A program made the position numbers and the translations under genes. A stretch of DNA of 64,000 nucleotides from the NCBI GenBank assembly GCA_016206085.1, contig JACQSF010000022.1:3191-67190 (forward strand). The letters run 5' to 3'. Each line of letters opens with the position of its first letter. The first letter of the stretch is position 1. Under the pieces are notes generated by a model. It saw only the letters and a list, made by a program, of their open reading frames with translations. It was not told where the DNA came from and searched no databases. Positions 20,950 to 30,488 of this stretch are shown here, piece by piece. Source of the DNA: Candidatus Uhrbacteria bacterium (lineage in GTDB: Bacteria; Patescibacteriota; Patescibacteriia; UBA9934; GWF2-40-263).

Positions 20950-21072
20950 AGTTCGACAAGCTCACTACTTCGTACACTCGCTCGAGGATAGCAAAATGCC
21001 AGAAGCCTGTCAGGGGACGCGTGGGGATCACTTCGGGATAAGGAGTGACTTCCAGTTATCCACACGCATCTA

Positions 21073-21118
21073 TTGCGTTCGGTTTTTGTTCGGGCTACTA
21101 TACGAACATAAACCGAAC
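21073..21118 (+). promoter_or_regulatory. lexA promoter overlapped by two GTTC-N7-GTTC LexA-type boxes
   Basis: TTGCGT-N17-TACTAT; GTTCGG-ttttt-GTTCGG (21077-21093) and inverted GAAC-N7-GAAC (21104-21118). Confidence 0.75.
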
Positions 21119-21125
21119 AATCTCT

Positions 21126-21740
21126 ATGCCACCTCTTACCAAGAAACAATCCGAGGTTCTGAACTTCATACGCAAACATCTAGAGGACAACGACTACGCT
21201 CCCTCTTACCGTGAGATCGCTGATCACTTTGGCCTCTCCTCCCCGGCGACCATTCACGGCCACGTGCAAACCCTTCTGGAAAAAGGACTCATCACGGCCG
21301 GAGAAGAGGGCGAGGCACGATCTATCGAACTCGTAGAAGAAGTTCCAAGAAGGGCATCCGTGATGCTCCCACTCGCAGGCCTGATCACGGCCGGTGAACC
21401 AATTGAAGCTGTGGAGGAGCACGAAGCCATGGCCGTTCCAGTCGATTTCGTTTTGGATGGTGCCAATTCGTATGTTCTGCGCGTGAAAGGACGCTCCATG
21501 ATCGAAGACGGGATTCTGGATGGTGATTTCGTGGTTATTGAACGAAATCCAAGCCCACGTAATGGTGAAGTTGTCGTGGCACTTCTAGATAATGCATTCG
21601 CCACACTTAAACGTTTTCATCGTGAACGAAACAGAATCCGTCTTCAACCCGCAAACAGCACCATGGAACCGATCTATGTCCAAGACTGTATCATTCAAGG
21701 AGTCGTGAGAGCGGTGATTCGAAAGTTCCAGCCGGTATAG
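21126..21740 (+). CDS. lexA: SOS repressor LexA
   Basis: LTKKQ...PSYREIA HTH, AG cleavage site (ITAGEP), GRSM Ser, TLKR Lys. Confidence 0.96.
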   Translation: MPPLTKKQSEVLNFIRKHLEDNDYAPSYREIADHFGLSSPATIHGHVQTLLEKGLITAGEEGEARSIELVEEVPRRASVMLPLAGLITAGEPIEAVEEHEAMAVPVDFVLDGANSYVLRVKGRSMIEDGILDGDFVVIERNPSPRNGEVVVALLDNAFATLKRFHRERNRIRLQPANSTMEPIYVQDCIIQGVVRAVIRKFQPV

Positions 21741-21937
21741 AAACTAGGTTGATAGGTTGTAGGTTGTAGTAAATTCAATCTGCTACAACCTATCTGCCTA
21801 CAACCCAATCGCCTACTTCCTGACAATTTGAGATCCCATGACGAGGTGTGAAGGGATCCACACCTGGCCGTGGGGTTTTAGTTTGTCAAATTTCACCTCC
21901 CCACCTTTCCACCTAACCCCCTAACCACCTAACTCCT

Positions 21938-22117
21938 ATGTCTACCACTATATTGCGTCACCACCTCAATACGTTCGCATTCCTTCCTCGACAAAAGGAC
22001 AAACGGATCGTAAAGGGGTTCCGTGCACTAAAGATTCGAACCAGTCGACGTCGACTTAAACAGACGATCCGACAAATAATTAATCGTCGTACTCTACGCG
22101 TCCCAGTCTATGCATGA
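21938..22117 (+). CDS. Small basic protein (59 aa)
   Basis: Manual translation MSTTILRHH...RRTLRVPVYA*; its stop overlaps the next start (ATGCATGA). Confidence 0.4.
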   Translation: MSTTILRHHLNTFAFLPRQKDKRIVKGFRALKIRTSRRRLKQTIRQIINRRTLRVPVYA

Positions 22118-22358
22118 AATGCTCAATGACCCCATCGACGTCACGGTCGCGTTCATAGACAACCGTGTGCTTGTGCGTGCCATGCGTTGGAACGAACGTG
22201 AGTACAAAATCGATCACGTGAACCTGGTGCATACCGCGCGTGAAGGCGCCAAACGTGTGTTCTATTTCTCTGTCTCCGACGCCGCCAACTGCTTTAAACT
22301 CAAACTCGACCCCGAGTTCCTCGAGTGGCGCCTAGTCGAGCTCTATACCGATGGATAA
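22110..22358 (+). CDS. Small DUF6504-like protein in the SOS cassette
   Basis: MRWNEREYKI...YFSV...W pattern; overlaps the dinB start. Confidence 0.55.
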   Translation: MHEMLNDPIDVTVAFIDNRVLVRAMRWNEREYKIDHVNLVHTAREGAKRVFYFSVSDAANCFKLKLDPEFLEWRLVELYTDG

Positions 22359-23574
22359 CACTGCCCGGATCATCCTCCACATCGACATGAATTCATACTT
22401 CGCCTCTGTTGAACAGCAGGCGAATCCGTTTTTGCGTGGGAAACCGATCGGCATCACGGGTAAGTCGCAAGAGCGCTCAATTGTCGCAACCGCGTCGATT
22501 GAAGCAAAGCGACTCGGCGTCAAAACAGCGATGTCGACCTGGGAGGCAAAAAAAGTCTGTCCACCGATTATTTTGTATCCAGGCGATCCAGAAAAATACT
22601 CCGACATCATGCATCGCTTTAACGCAATCTACGAATCCTTTACGCCAAACGTGGAACCGTTTAGCGTAGATGAAAGTTTTTTAGATATTACCGAGGAAGC
22701 GGAGGACTACTTCGGGGCGACGTGCATGGCACAAGCAATCCGATCGAGACTTCGCGAGGAACTCGGCGAACATATCACCGCCTCTATTGGCATCGCCCCA
22801 AACAAGCTCATGGCCAAACTCGCGTCCGAGACGGTCAAACCCAATGGCCTCACGGTCGTCCGCCCCCACGAAGTCCTCAACCTCCTTGATCGCTGCGAAC
22901 TCAACGACCTCTGCGGAATCGGCTCGCGGATCAAAGAGCGATTGAACGCATTGGGCATCTCAAACTTCAAACAGCTACGCGAGTTTCCACTGAAAAATCT
23001 CAAGGCAGAATTCCACAGCTATGGCGCCTGGCTCCACGAAGCGGCATGGGGACGAGAGATTGCTTCGCTCCCGACTGTCGCTCGCAATGACAGCAACCAA
23101 CCAAAATCCTATGGCCACTCCTACACGCTCCCACAAAACACCAGCGACCCGCGTGTCCTCAAGCACTACCTTTTCGGACTTGCGGACAAAGTCGGCTGGC
23201 GCATGCGCCGCGATGGAGTGACCGCCAGACGTGTAACAGCGTTTGTACGCTTCGGGGACTTCACGAGTCACGGTGAACAACGCACCTTCCATGAACCTAC
23301 CGCGGACGGAATACGACTGTTTCAGATGGCGTGGAACATCCTTAAACCGATTTGCCTTCTAGACGTCCGTCTGATCGGACTTTCTACGTCTCTTCTTTGT
23401 CATGGTTCAACTCAGCCGTCGCTATTCAAAAAAGAACGAAACATGACTTCCATCCTTTCTGCGCTCGATAAACTTCAGAGTCGATATGGCTCAGGCGTCT
23501 GGAAACGCGGCGCGACACTCCAGGCCGAGTTCAAATCTCGTTCAAGTGGATTTCACTTTGATCATGAGATTTAA
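22351..23574 (+). CDS. dinB: DNA polymerase IV (Y family)
   Basis: HIDMNSYFASVE, SVDE, SIGIAPNKLMAKLAS, KPNG, GIG. Confidence 0.93.
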   Translation: MDNTARIILHIDMNSYFASVEQQANPFLRGKPIGITGKSQERSIVATASIEAKRLGVKTAMSTWEAKKVCPPIILYPGDPEKYSDIMHRFNAIYESFTPNVEPFSVDESFLDITEEAEDYFGATCMAQAIRSRLREELGEHITASIGIAPNKLMAKLASETVKPNGLTVVRPHEVLNLLDRCELNDLCGIGSRIKERLNALGISNFKQLREFPLKNLKAEFHSYGAWLHEAAWGREIASLPTVARNDSNQPKSYGHSYTLPQNTSDPRVLKHYLFGLADKVGWRMRRDGVTARRVTAFVRFGDFTSHGEQRTFHEPTADGIRLFQMAWNILKPICLLDVRLIGLSTSLLCHGSTQPSLFKKERNMTSILSALDKLQSRYGSGVWKRGATLQAEFKSRSSGFHFDHEI

Positions 23575-23576
23575 AT

Positions 23577-23656
23577 CCTTGTCATCCCGAACGTAGTGAG
23601 GGATCTCCTTACCATTAGGAGATCCTTCGTCGCTTCGCTCCTCAGGATGACAAAGG
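23577..23656. repeat. Palindromic element related to family A (GTCATCCCGAA...AGGATGAC)
   Basis: About 80-bp hairpin between convergent genes. Confidence 0.75.
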
Positions 23657-23661
23657 TATAA

Positions 23662-24225
23662 CTAATTCCCAAACTCTCCCTCGACCAGGTGCGCTCCTGG
23701 ATCTGAACTGCCATCGTACTGATTCACCGTAATGATCACCTGCGTGTAGCTTGAGTAATCTTCGGCGTCCGGTGCCTGCCACTCGATAACAAAATATCCT
23801 TCTTCATCCGTCACCATCTCGCCCAACGAAAAAAAATCATAAGGGAGTCGACTCAAAAGCCAAACTTGGTAATACGAAACTTCCCGATCGATCTCGGGAA
23901 GAGATGTCTTCATCTCAAAATAATAGCGGTCGTCTTTCTCCCCACGTGTGGCCGCACCGACGCGCTCACCACTCGCCATCCAGTTGAGCGTTGCCTCACG
24001 GCTTTGCGTATCAATTGCTCCATCGATCACGGCTTGCGAGATAGGATCGGGCTTGAGCACATTGGCAATAGACGAGACGACCAACTCTTCTTCGACTGGC
24101 TCCGAGCGAAACCACCGCACCGCCACAACGAAGATGATAAACAACAAAAATACAGCCATGATCGTTGTGATCATGGAACCCCAACGAGTCTTTCCCTTCT
24201 GGGGATTGTGATGAGAGAAGTTCAC
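23662..24225 (-). CDS. Membrane-anchored protein with RskA-C-like (anti-sigma-K) domain
   Basis: TM followed by LPE...YYQVWL...SLGEM...VIITV...PGAHLVEG. Confidence 0.55.
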   Translation of the reverse strand: MNFSHHNPQKGKTRWGSMITTIMAVFLLFIIFVVAVRWFRSEPVEEELVVSSIANVLKPDPISQAVIDGAIDTQSREATLNWMASGERVGAATRGEKDDRYYFEMKTSLPEIDREVSYYQVWLLSRLPYDFFSLGEMVTDEEGYFVIEWQAPDAEDYSSYTQVIITVNQYDGSSDPGAHLVEGEFGN

Positions 24226-24231
24226 AATCAG

Positions 24232-24705
24232 CTAAGCCGCAACATCTTCTTGATCGCTTCCTTCCTTCCCTGTAGGACGACGACTTTGTTTGTGTGGTTT
24301 TTCAGCTCCACGATGCTTGTCCCCTCGCTTCCATTTACGTTCTGGAAACTTCGCCGTCTCGGCATACCGTCCCATTCGTCTTGATCCAACAACCCCACCT
24401 ACAGAATTCTCATGTTCTGGCAGACCTTCTCCTGGTTCAGATTCATCTGGTTCATCTGAAGAGGTGTCGGCTGGATCGAACTCTGGACCTTTCTCCTCGT
24501 CAACATCGGAGACAACGGGGTTCTCTCTTTCTATCACCATATCCTCGGGACTCAACCCAGGATCAGGAAGTTCCTCAACATCAATGTCATAATCAACTTT
24601 CCCGGGGATCCGCATAACATCCTTATCTGAATCTGGAGATAATTCTATCTCTGACTTTTTGGATTCTGGACGTACAAGTCGGCGTCGACCTTCGAACATG
24701 TTCAT
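24232..24705 (-). CDS. Hypothetical acidic/disordered protein
   Basis: 157-aa ORF with low-complexity acidic centre and basic tail. Confidence 0.5.
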   Translation of the reverse strand: MNMFEGRRRLVRPESKKSEIELSPDSDKDVMRIPGKVDYDIDVEELPDPGLSPEDMVIERENPVVSDVDEEKGPEFDPADTSSDEPDESEPGEGLPEHENSVGGVVGSRRMGRYAETAKFPERKWKRGDKHRGAEKPHKQSRRPTGKEGSDQEDVAA

Positions 24706-24733
24706 ATGCTAGGCTTAATTATTGATACCTCGA

Positions 24734-25876
24734 TTATACAGCCCTCCTCACCGCTTCCGCCACCACGTTCGCAAGGCCTGGTTCAAACGGCGATGGCATG
24801 ATCTTCTCGCTGGTTGGTTCTGGCACGAGCTTCGCGAGCGCGTGCGCGGCAGCGACGTACATCGCCGGCGTGATGCGACGATGTCTACCCTCAAACACAC
24901 CCTTGAAAATCCCAGGAAAGGCCAAAACATTGTTCACCTGGTTTGGATAATCTGATCGTCCTGTTGCGACCACTGCAGCTCCGCCAGCACGCGCCTCATC
25001 GGGCATAATCTCAGGGACAGGATTGGCCATCGCAAACACGATTGGTTTCTCCGTCATCGTGCGTATCATGTCCGCCGTGACGAGTCCCGGTTGACTCACG
25101 CCGATGAACACATCCGCCCCCACAAGCGCGTCGGCCAACGTACCCGTACGGCCTTCGGAATTGATTCGCGCGGCAAGTTTCTCCTTGTAGCTATTCATCC
25201 CTTCACGACCCGGAGCGATGATGCCCTTAGAATCAATCATGGCGAGCTTTGTCATTCCTGCCTCAAAGAGAAGATGTGTAATCCCCATCCCGCCAGCACC
25301 TGCACCTGAGATAACAACAGACACCTCCTCAAGTTTCTTTCCAACCACCTTAAGCGCGTTCAACAGTCCCGCCAGCACCACCACCGCCGTGCCATGCTGG
25401 TCGTCGTGCATGACTGGAATATCGAGCTCTTCGATGAGCCGACGCTCCACTTCAAAACACGCCGGCGCTGCGATGTCCTCAAGATTGATTCCACCAAATC
25501 CAGGAGCAATTCTTTTTACCGTCTCGACGATCTCGTCAACATCTTGTGTCGCAAGACAAATCGGGAACGCGTCGATACCGGCAAAGCGTTTAAACAAAAT
25601 CGCCTTGCCTTCCATGACCGGAAGTCCAGCCTCGGGGCCGATGTTCCCAAGTCCCAAGACCGCCGACCCATCCGTCACCACAGCCACGGTTCGACCCTTG
25701 ATCGTCAGATCCCAAGCACGTTCTTTGTCCGCGGCGATCACACGACACGGCTCAGCCACGCCTGGCGTGTAGGCTGTTGAGAGGTCGTCTTTGTTCTCAA
25801 TGGCGACGACCGATTCGACGGAAAGTTTGCCTTTATAACGCTTGTGCATCTCAAGCGACGCTTCGTTGTAATTCAT
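24734..25876 (-). CDS. NAD(P)-dependent malic enzyme
   Basis: AYTPGVA, TDGSAVLGLG, VMEGK, NLEDI, HDDQHGTA, GAGAGG, MANP, TGRSD. Confidence 0.95.
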   Translation of the reverse strand: MNYNEASLEMHKRYKGKLSVESVVAIENKDDLSTAYTPGVAEPCRVIAADKERAWDLTIKGRTVAVVTDGSAVLGLGNIGPEAGLPVMEGKAILFKRFAGIDAFPICLATQDVDEIVETVKRIAPGFGGINLEDIAAPACFEVERRLIEELDIPVMHDDQHGTAVVVLAGLLNALKVVGKKLEEVSVVISGAGAGGMGITHLLFEAGMTKLAMIDSKGIIAPGREGMNSYKEKLAARINSEGRTGTLADALVGADVFIGVSQPGLVTADMIRTMTEKPIVFAMANPVPEIMPDEARAGGAAVVATGRSDYPNQVNNVLAFPGIFKGVFEGRHRRITPAMYVAAAHALAKLVPEPTSEKIMPSPFEPGLANVVAEAVRRAV

Positions 25877-25885
25877 AGTTGATTG

Positions 25886-26080
25886 TTAAAGTTGTGCAAG
25901 TTCTTCCTTGATGAGACCGCGGTAGAGTTCCACTCGAGCCTTCTGGAGGAGATGCGTGCTTTCGTATCCAGCCATAACTCGAGTCAGCATGTCATACATT
26001 CTTGTGACACGAAAATTCTTCCTCTTCTGTACATCGCCACCTGTTACTTGTCGAGTAATCGTATCCTCATCAATAGACAA
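25886..26080 (-). CDS. Small hypothetical protein
   Basis: 64-aa ORF filling the gap exactly between DUF2335 and malic enzyme. Confidence 0.4.
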   Translation of the reverse strand: MSIDEDTITRQVTGGDVQKRKNFRVTRMYDMLTRVMAGYESTHLLQKARVELYRGLIKEELAQL

Positions 26081-26085
26081 TAAAA

Positions 26086-26583
26086 CTACTTTTGCAAGCT
26101 ACTTTCTCTCATCTTTTTTCGTTCCATTTCTTTTTGCCGACGACCGTATACAAAAACACTCGCCAGGGAAACGAGTGTTCCACCACCAATAATACCTGCG
26201 ACGATCTCTCTTCCAATCAAACCAAGTGCAAACGCACAGACGAGTCCAAATACCGCAATACAAAACCCAAACCTCTGTCCTCGTTCTGATTTTTTAATGT
26301 CTGACAAAATGACAGAATGCTCAAGCAATATGCGATGTGCAGCTTGTTTCTCGGCCATCTGCAACAGTCTTTCAGCGGCACCTGGGACAATCTGGTCGTA
26401 TTCTCGAAAAAGGGATGGGGGCGGAATCGGTCCTGAAAATTCTTGGTGTTGTACGGTCGCGATATTTTTATCCATCCTCTGAATCTCTTCTGTTTGATGA
26501 GGCATACTACCCATTCGCCGCATCCACTTGTTTCTCGATTTCTTTCCCATAAGTTTGTATGGCTGAGGAAATATCCTGACCAA
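26086..26583 (-). CDS. DUF2335-family membrane protein (true start probably 26550 or 26505)
   Basis: FSGPIPPP..F.EY..IVPGAAERLLQMAEKQAAHR plus 2 TM helices. Confidence 0.85.
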   Translation of the reverse strand: MVRIFPQPYKLMGKKSRNKWMRRMGSMPHQTEEIQRMDKNIATVQHQEFSGPIPPPSLFREYDQIVPGAAERLLQMAEKQAAHRILLEHSVILSDIKKSERGQRFGFCIAVFGLVCAFALGLIGREIVAGIIGGGTLVSLASVFVYGRRQKEMERKKMRESSLQK

Positions 26584-26746
26584 CCATTCGCCAGTCGTTT
26601 ACCGTCGCACGTATGTCAGCTTCTTCTGGAGTACGACTCTCATTATAACTATCAAAATTACCTGTCAGATCAAGCGTACGAGAAAATCCTTCAAAAAACG
26701 AAGGTCTAGCAAATAAATAATTCGAAACAAAAATTTCAAAACCCAT
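26507..26746 (-). CDS. Small hypothetical protein upstream of DUF2335
   Basis: PSFFEGFSRTLDL..FDSYN...EADIRA..NDW..VG.D; AT-rich. Confidence 0.6.
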   Translation of the reverse strand: MGFEIFVSNYLFARPSFFEGFSRTLDLTGNFDSYNESRTPEEADIRATVNDWRMVGQDISSAIQTYGKEIEKQVDAANG

Positions 26747-26791
26747 ATCTGAATATACTATACCACCATAAAATCATTCGAGAAAGCAATC

Positions 26792-28912
26792 CTATAGCTC
26801 ATCAATGTCTCTTAAAAAACTCATTTTTGGTACAGACTTTTGTGTGCGCTCGCCTAGATCATCAAACACGATCGTGGGTCCATCGCCCCACTCGGAGTCT
26901 GAAAACGATCCATGGACTGGTCGCGAGATCGCGGCCTTGAGCTTCACCTCTTCAAGCAATCCATCAGGAAGCTCCTGCAAAAACATCGAAGGCTGGCTGA
27001 GCATCAGTGTATCGTAGCCACTCATGATCGGATAGGTGAAGTAGAGTTCCTTGCGCGCTCGAGTCGTGGCGACGTAAAAGAGCCGACGCTCTTCCTCCAG
27101 CCCCCCGTCTTCATCCAGCGCCGCGCCAATCGGAAACTTGCCATCGACCAGGTGCATGACAAACACCGCGTCCCACTCAAGACCTTTTGCTTGATGGATG
27201 GTCGAGAGAATCAGCCGATCTTCTCGTTCAGTTTCACCCAGGCTAAAGCCTGGGGCTACCTCGTTATTCCTTACGATCCCGTACTCCCCTGTGAGCGACA
27301 CCTCGTCCAGAAATGTCTGCAAACTTGTGTAGCCTTCCGCAAACAACGCGAACTGTTCAAGGTCCTCAAGCCGATCCATGAAGTCCGGATACTCGGCCTC
27401 AAGATAATCGCGGTAGTCGCCCGCTATCACGGCTCGGATAAGCTCGGCGGGATGTTCTTCGCGTGCCATTTTTTCAAGCGTCTTACGCAGTCCCTCCCAG
27501 CCAACCTGTGCGCGCTTAGGGATTTTGGGACTACCATTGAAGATTCCCGCGAGTGAGTCATAGCCCTTAAATTGCGATGCCATCGCTTCTGCGCTCGTCA
27601 GACCTACACCGTTGAGAAGTCCCAAAATGCGCATCCACGCGACTTCGTCCTTTGGGTTCTGACGGATACGCAAGTGCGATACGATATCTTTCACGTGCGC
27701 TCGCTCAAAAAACTTGAGCCCACCTCGATACTCATACGGGATGTCTCGCTTCATCAGTTCGAACTCAAGCGTCTGGGAATGATAGGCCGCACGGAATAAA
27801 ACGGCGATTTCGCTCAAAGACATTCCCTCCTCTCGAAGCGCCAAAATCTTCTGGGCGATAAATTGTGCCTCCTGACTGGCATTGCTCGCGGGTACAAGGC
27901 CGGGACGCTCGAGTGAGCCGCGCACCGCGGTCAATTCTTTTTTGAACTGCTCCCTATTTTGTGTGATCGACGAATTCGCAACCGCAAGGATCTCCGGGCT
28001 GGAGCGATAGTTCGTCGTGAGACGGAACGTCTTAGTATCCGCATAGGTCTGCGGAAAGCCGAGGATGTTTCGGATCTCGGCCGCACGGAAGGAGTAGATC
28101 GACTGGGCATCATCGCCCACGACAAGCACGTTCCCATGCTCGCTCGCGAGTTGTCGGATAATCTCCGCTTGAACAACATTTGTGTCCTGGTACTCATCGA
28201 CAAGGACATATTCAAACTGATGAGCCAGTTTCTGACGGACTCCCTCGTGGTGATAGAGGAGCTCACGGAGCTTCAGCAAGAGGTCGTCAAAGTCCATGGC
28301 ATCTGCCTGACGTTTGCGCTGCGCATACAGCTCAGCGATACGCTCGATGACCGGGGCGATCTCCAAAAAACTTGGATACTTGCTCTCGATCACATCGCTC
28401 ATGACCCGCCCCGAGTTCTGGGCGTAGCTGATCATGGCATGCACCTTCGCAGGCGACGGGAAACGACGTGAGGTGGTGTCGACATTGAGGGCTTTGATGC
28501 AGATCTTGATGAGAGACTTTGCATCCTCCTGATCGAGGATCGTAAAATTGCTCGTGTATCCCAGTTGCGAGCCGTTGATACGCAAAAGTCGATTCGCGAT
28601 CGAATGAAACGTTCCTCCCCAAAGTCCGGTCGGATATCGCCCCAGCAACCCCTCCACCCGCGACAACATTTCTTTCGCTGCCTTGTTCGTAAACGTCACG
28701 AGCAAAATACTCTCGGGTGAAACGCCACGCTCAAGCAGATACGCCACCCGATACGTGATCGTTCGCGTCTTCCCCGACCCGGCCCCCGCCAAAACCAAAC
28801 ACGCCCCATCACCATTCAACACGACATTTAGCTGCTCAGGATTGAGCTCTTGTCTGTAGTCAATCGAGGCCTTAGAAAGGTCAAAATCATCTTGTAAAAC
28901 AAACTCCTTCAT
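26792..28912 (-). CDS. UvrD/PcrA-family SF1 DNA helicase
   Basis: AGAGSGKT, TFTNKAA, DEYQD, VGDDAQSIY, NYRS, TIHQAKGLE, EERRLFYVA. Confidence 0.96.
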   Translation of the reverse strand: MKEFVLQDDFDLSKASIDYRQELNPEQLNVVLNGDGACLVLAGAGSGKTRTITYRVAYLLERGVSPESILLVTFTNKAAKEMLSRVEGLLGRYPTGLWGGTFHSIANRLLRINGSQLGYTSNFTILDQEDAKSLIKICIKALNVDTTSRRFPSPAKVHAMISYAQNSGRVMSDVIESKYPSFLEIAPVIERIAELYAQRKRQADAMDFDDLLLKLRELLYHHEGVRQKLAHQFEYVLVDEYQDTNVVQAEIIRQLASEHGNVLVVGDDAQSIYSFRAAEIRNILGFPQTYADTKTFRLTTNYRSSPEILAVANSSITQNREQFKKELTAVRGSLERPGLVPASNASQEAQFIAQKILALREEGMSLSEIAVLFRAAYHSQTLEFELMKRDIPYEYRGGLKFFERAHVKDIVSHLRIRQNPKDEVAWMRILGLLNGVGLTSAEAMASQFKGYDSLAGIFNGSPKIPKRAQVGWEGLRKTLEKMAREEHPAELIRAVIAGDYRDYLEAEYPDFMDRLEDLEQFALFAEGYTSLQTFLDEVSLTGEYGIVRNNEVAPGFSLGETEREDRLILSTIHQAKGLEWDAVFVMHLVDGKFPIGAALDEDGGLEEERRLFYVATTRARKELYFTYPIMSGYDTLMLSQPSMFLQELPDGLLEEVKLKAAISRPVHGSFSDSEWGDGPTIVFDDLGERTQKSVPKMSFLRDIDEL

Positions 28913-29009
28913 AGAGTCGGTATTTTAGCACAGCCTCCCCGGATTGACGTTTCAGTCGAAATAACCTACAGTTTCGACCTGGTTCATTCATTACCAGTAG
29001 GGAGAATCC

Positions 29010-29240
29010 ATGAACGTCATCAACTCTACTCAAGCCCAAAGCCTGCTCGCCCGCTTCAGGGCGGGAGGAGATCTCTCTGACGAGGAGATCGACGCCCTCG
29101 CTGGCTACATCGATCAGAACACCCCCGACACCCCAAAGCGCCCCGAGATCAGCGCGGATCTCACCGAGCGCGGCCGTCATCTGCGCCTGGCTCTCCAATA
29201 CCACAAGTTGCTCGACGAACTGTTCGCCGACCGCGCATGA
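29010..29240 (+). CDS. Small orphan protein (76 aa)
   Basis: GGAG SD before the ATG, GC-rich codons, own upstream TTGACG and downstream hairpins. Confidence 0.55.
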   Translation: MNVINSTQAQSLLARFRAGGDLSDEEIDALAGYIDQNTPDTPKRPEISADLTERGRHLRLALQYHKLLDELFADRA

Positions 29241-29464
29241 ACCGCTGGTGCGACCGAACCAGATCGACCAAGATCCAGCCCACCCACGAGAGCCACCTGG
29301 CTCGCCTGGCCAGCTAAGCTGGCACTGCCCGCCCAAGCTCACCAGCAACGGCGGGCTTTTCATTTTTTGGATACTTTTTTTCTCACCTGCGAAAAATTGT
29401 TACCTGTGTCTTTTTGGGGTCAGGTCCGACTACCGACTTTTTCTCAAAGAGAATAAAATCTCAC

Positions 29465-30487
29465 CTATTTCAAATATTGATATTTGTTTCTCACATGCTC
29501 ATCAAATGTTTTTGCATACACCACCTCTCCCTCATCAGTCGTAAGGAAGTAAAGATAGTCCGAGTCGGTTGGATTGAGAACCGCGAGGATCGCGTTCATC
29601 CCCGGATTACTAATCGGTCCGGGCGGCAGGCCAAGATTTTGATACGTGTTATACGGAGAGTGAACCTTGCTGTCTTCAAGACTGACGGACGCGTCGTCCT
29701 TTCCCGTCACGTAATTCACCGTAGAGTCCGCTTGCAACGCCATTCCGATTTTCATGCGCGTATAGAAAACACCTGCGACGAGTTTCATGTCCTCCGGATC
29801 GCGAACCTCCCGTTCAACGATCGAGGCCAATGTCAGCATCTCATGAAACGTGAGACCTCCCTCGAAGATCAAGTTACGTGGTATGGCAATGTCGTTCTCT
29901 GCGAGCCGTCTTTGCAATGTGAGTATCATCGTCTCAACCACCGTCGATGCGTTTGCATCCGCACGGAATCGATAGGTATCTGGAAACAAATACCCCTCGA
30001 GTCCTTGGTCATTGGGAATTCCTGCAAGGATTTCGTCCTCAGTCAATACGCGTCTCCCTTGCGCACTCACGACAGCCTTCCAGTCGGTTAACTCAATCTC
30101 GGGCAACGCCTCTACAACCACCTCACCGATTTGATCGATCGTGAATCCTTCTGGAATCGTGATCTGTACTTCCTGCGCCGCGGCATACCCGAGTTCTTGC
30201 ACCACGGATCGTAAACTCATCCCAGGCTTGAGCTCGAATATCCCTGCCTGAAGAACAGCGTCAGACAACCGCGTATACATTTTGAAAAAAAATTTACTTG
30301 TGATGATCCCCTCATCTTCAAGCTGTGTGGCGATCGCTTCAACGGAGGCGCCCTCTTCAATGGTGATACTCACCGCCTGAGCATCATCGTCTGGCGAAAC
30401 AAGGTACGCGTCGAAGATATAGGAACCTGACAGAACAATCCCCACGAGCAGGGCCATCCCCAAAAGAATTCCAATGAGTCGAATCAT
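29465..30487 (-). CDS. mltG: Endolytic transglycosylase MltG
   Basis: TIPEG, LEGYLFPDTY, LASIVERE, LQADST, SPYNTY..GLPPGPISNPG. Confidence 0.95.
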   Translation of the reverse strand: MIRLIGILLGMALLVGIVLSGSYIFDAYLVSPDDDAQAVSITIEEGASVEAIATQLEDEGIITSKFFFKMYTRLSDAVLQAGIFELKPGMSLRSVVQELGYAAAQEVQITIPEGFTIDQIGEVVVEALPEIELTDWKAVVSAQGRRVLTEDEILAGIPNDQGLEGYLFPDTYRFRADANASTVVETMILTLQRRLAENDIAIPRNLIFEGGLTFHEMLTLASIVEREVRDPEDMKLVAGVFYTRMKIGMALQADSTVNYVTGKDDASVSLEDSKVHSPYNTYQNLGLPPGPISNPGMNAILAVLNPTDSDYLYFLTTDEGEVVYAKTFDEHVRNKYQYLK

Positions 30488-30488
30488 A

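Noticed and set aside
21056..21064. Perfect DnaA box TTATCCACA
   Set aside because: Single copy with no box cluster, AT-rich unwinding element or dnaA nearby; not evidence of oriC.
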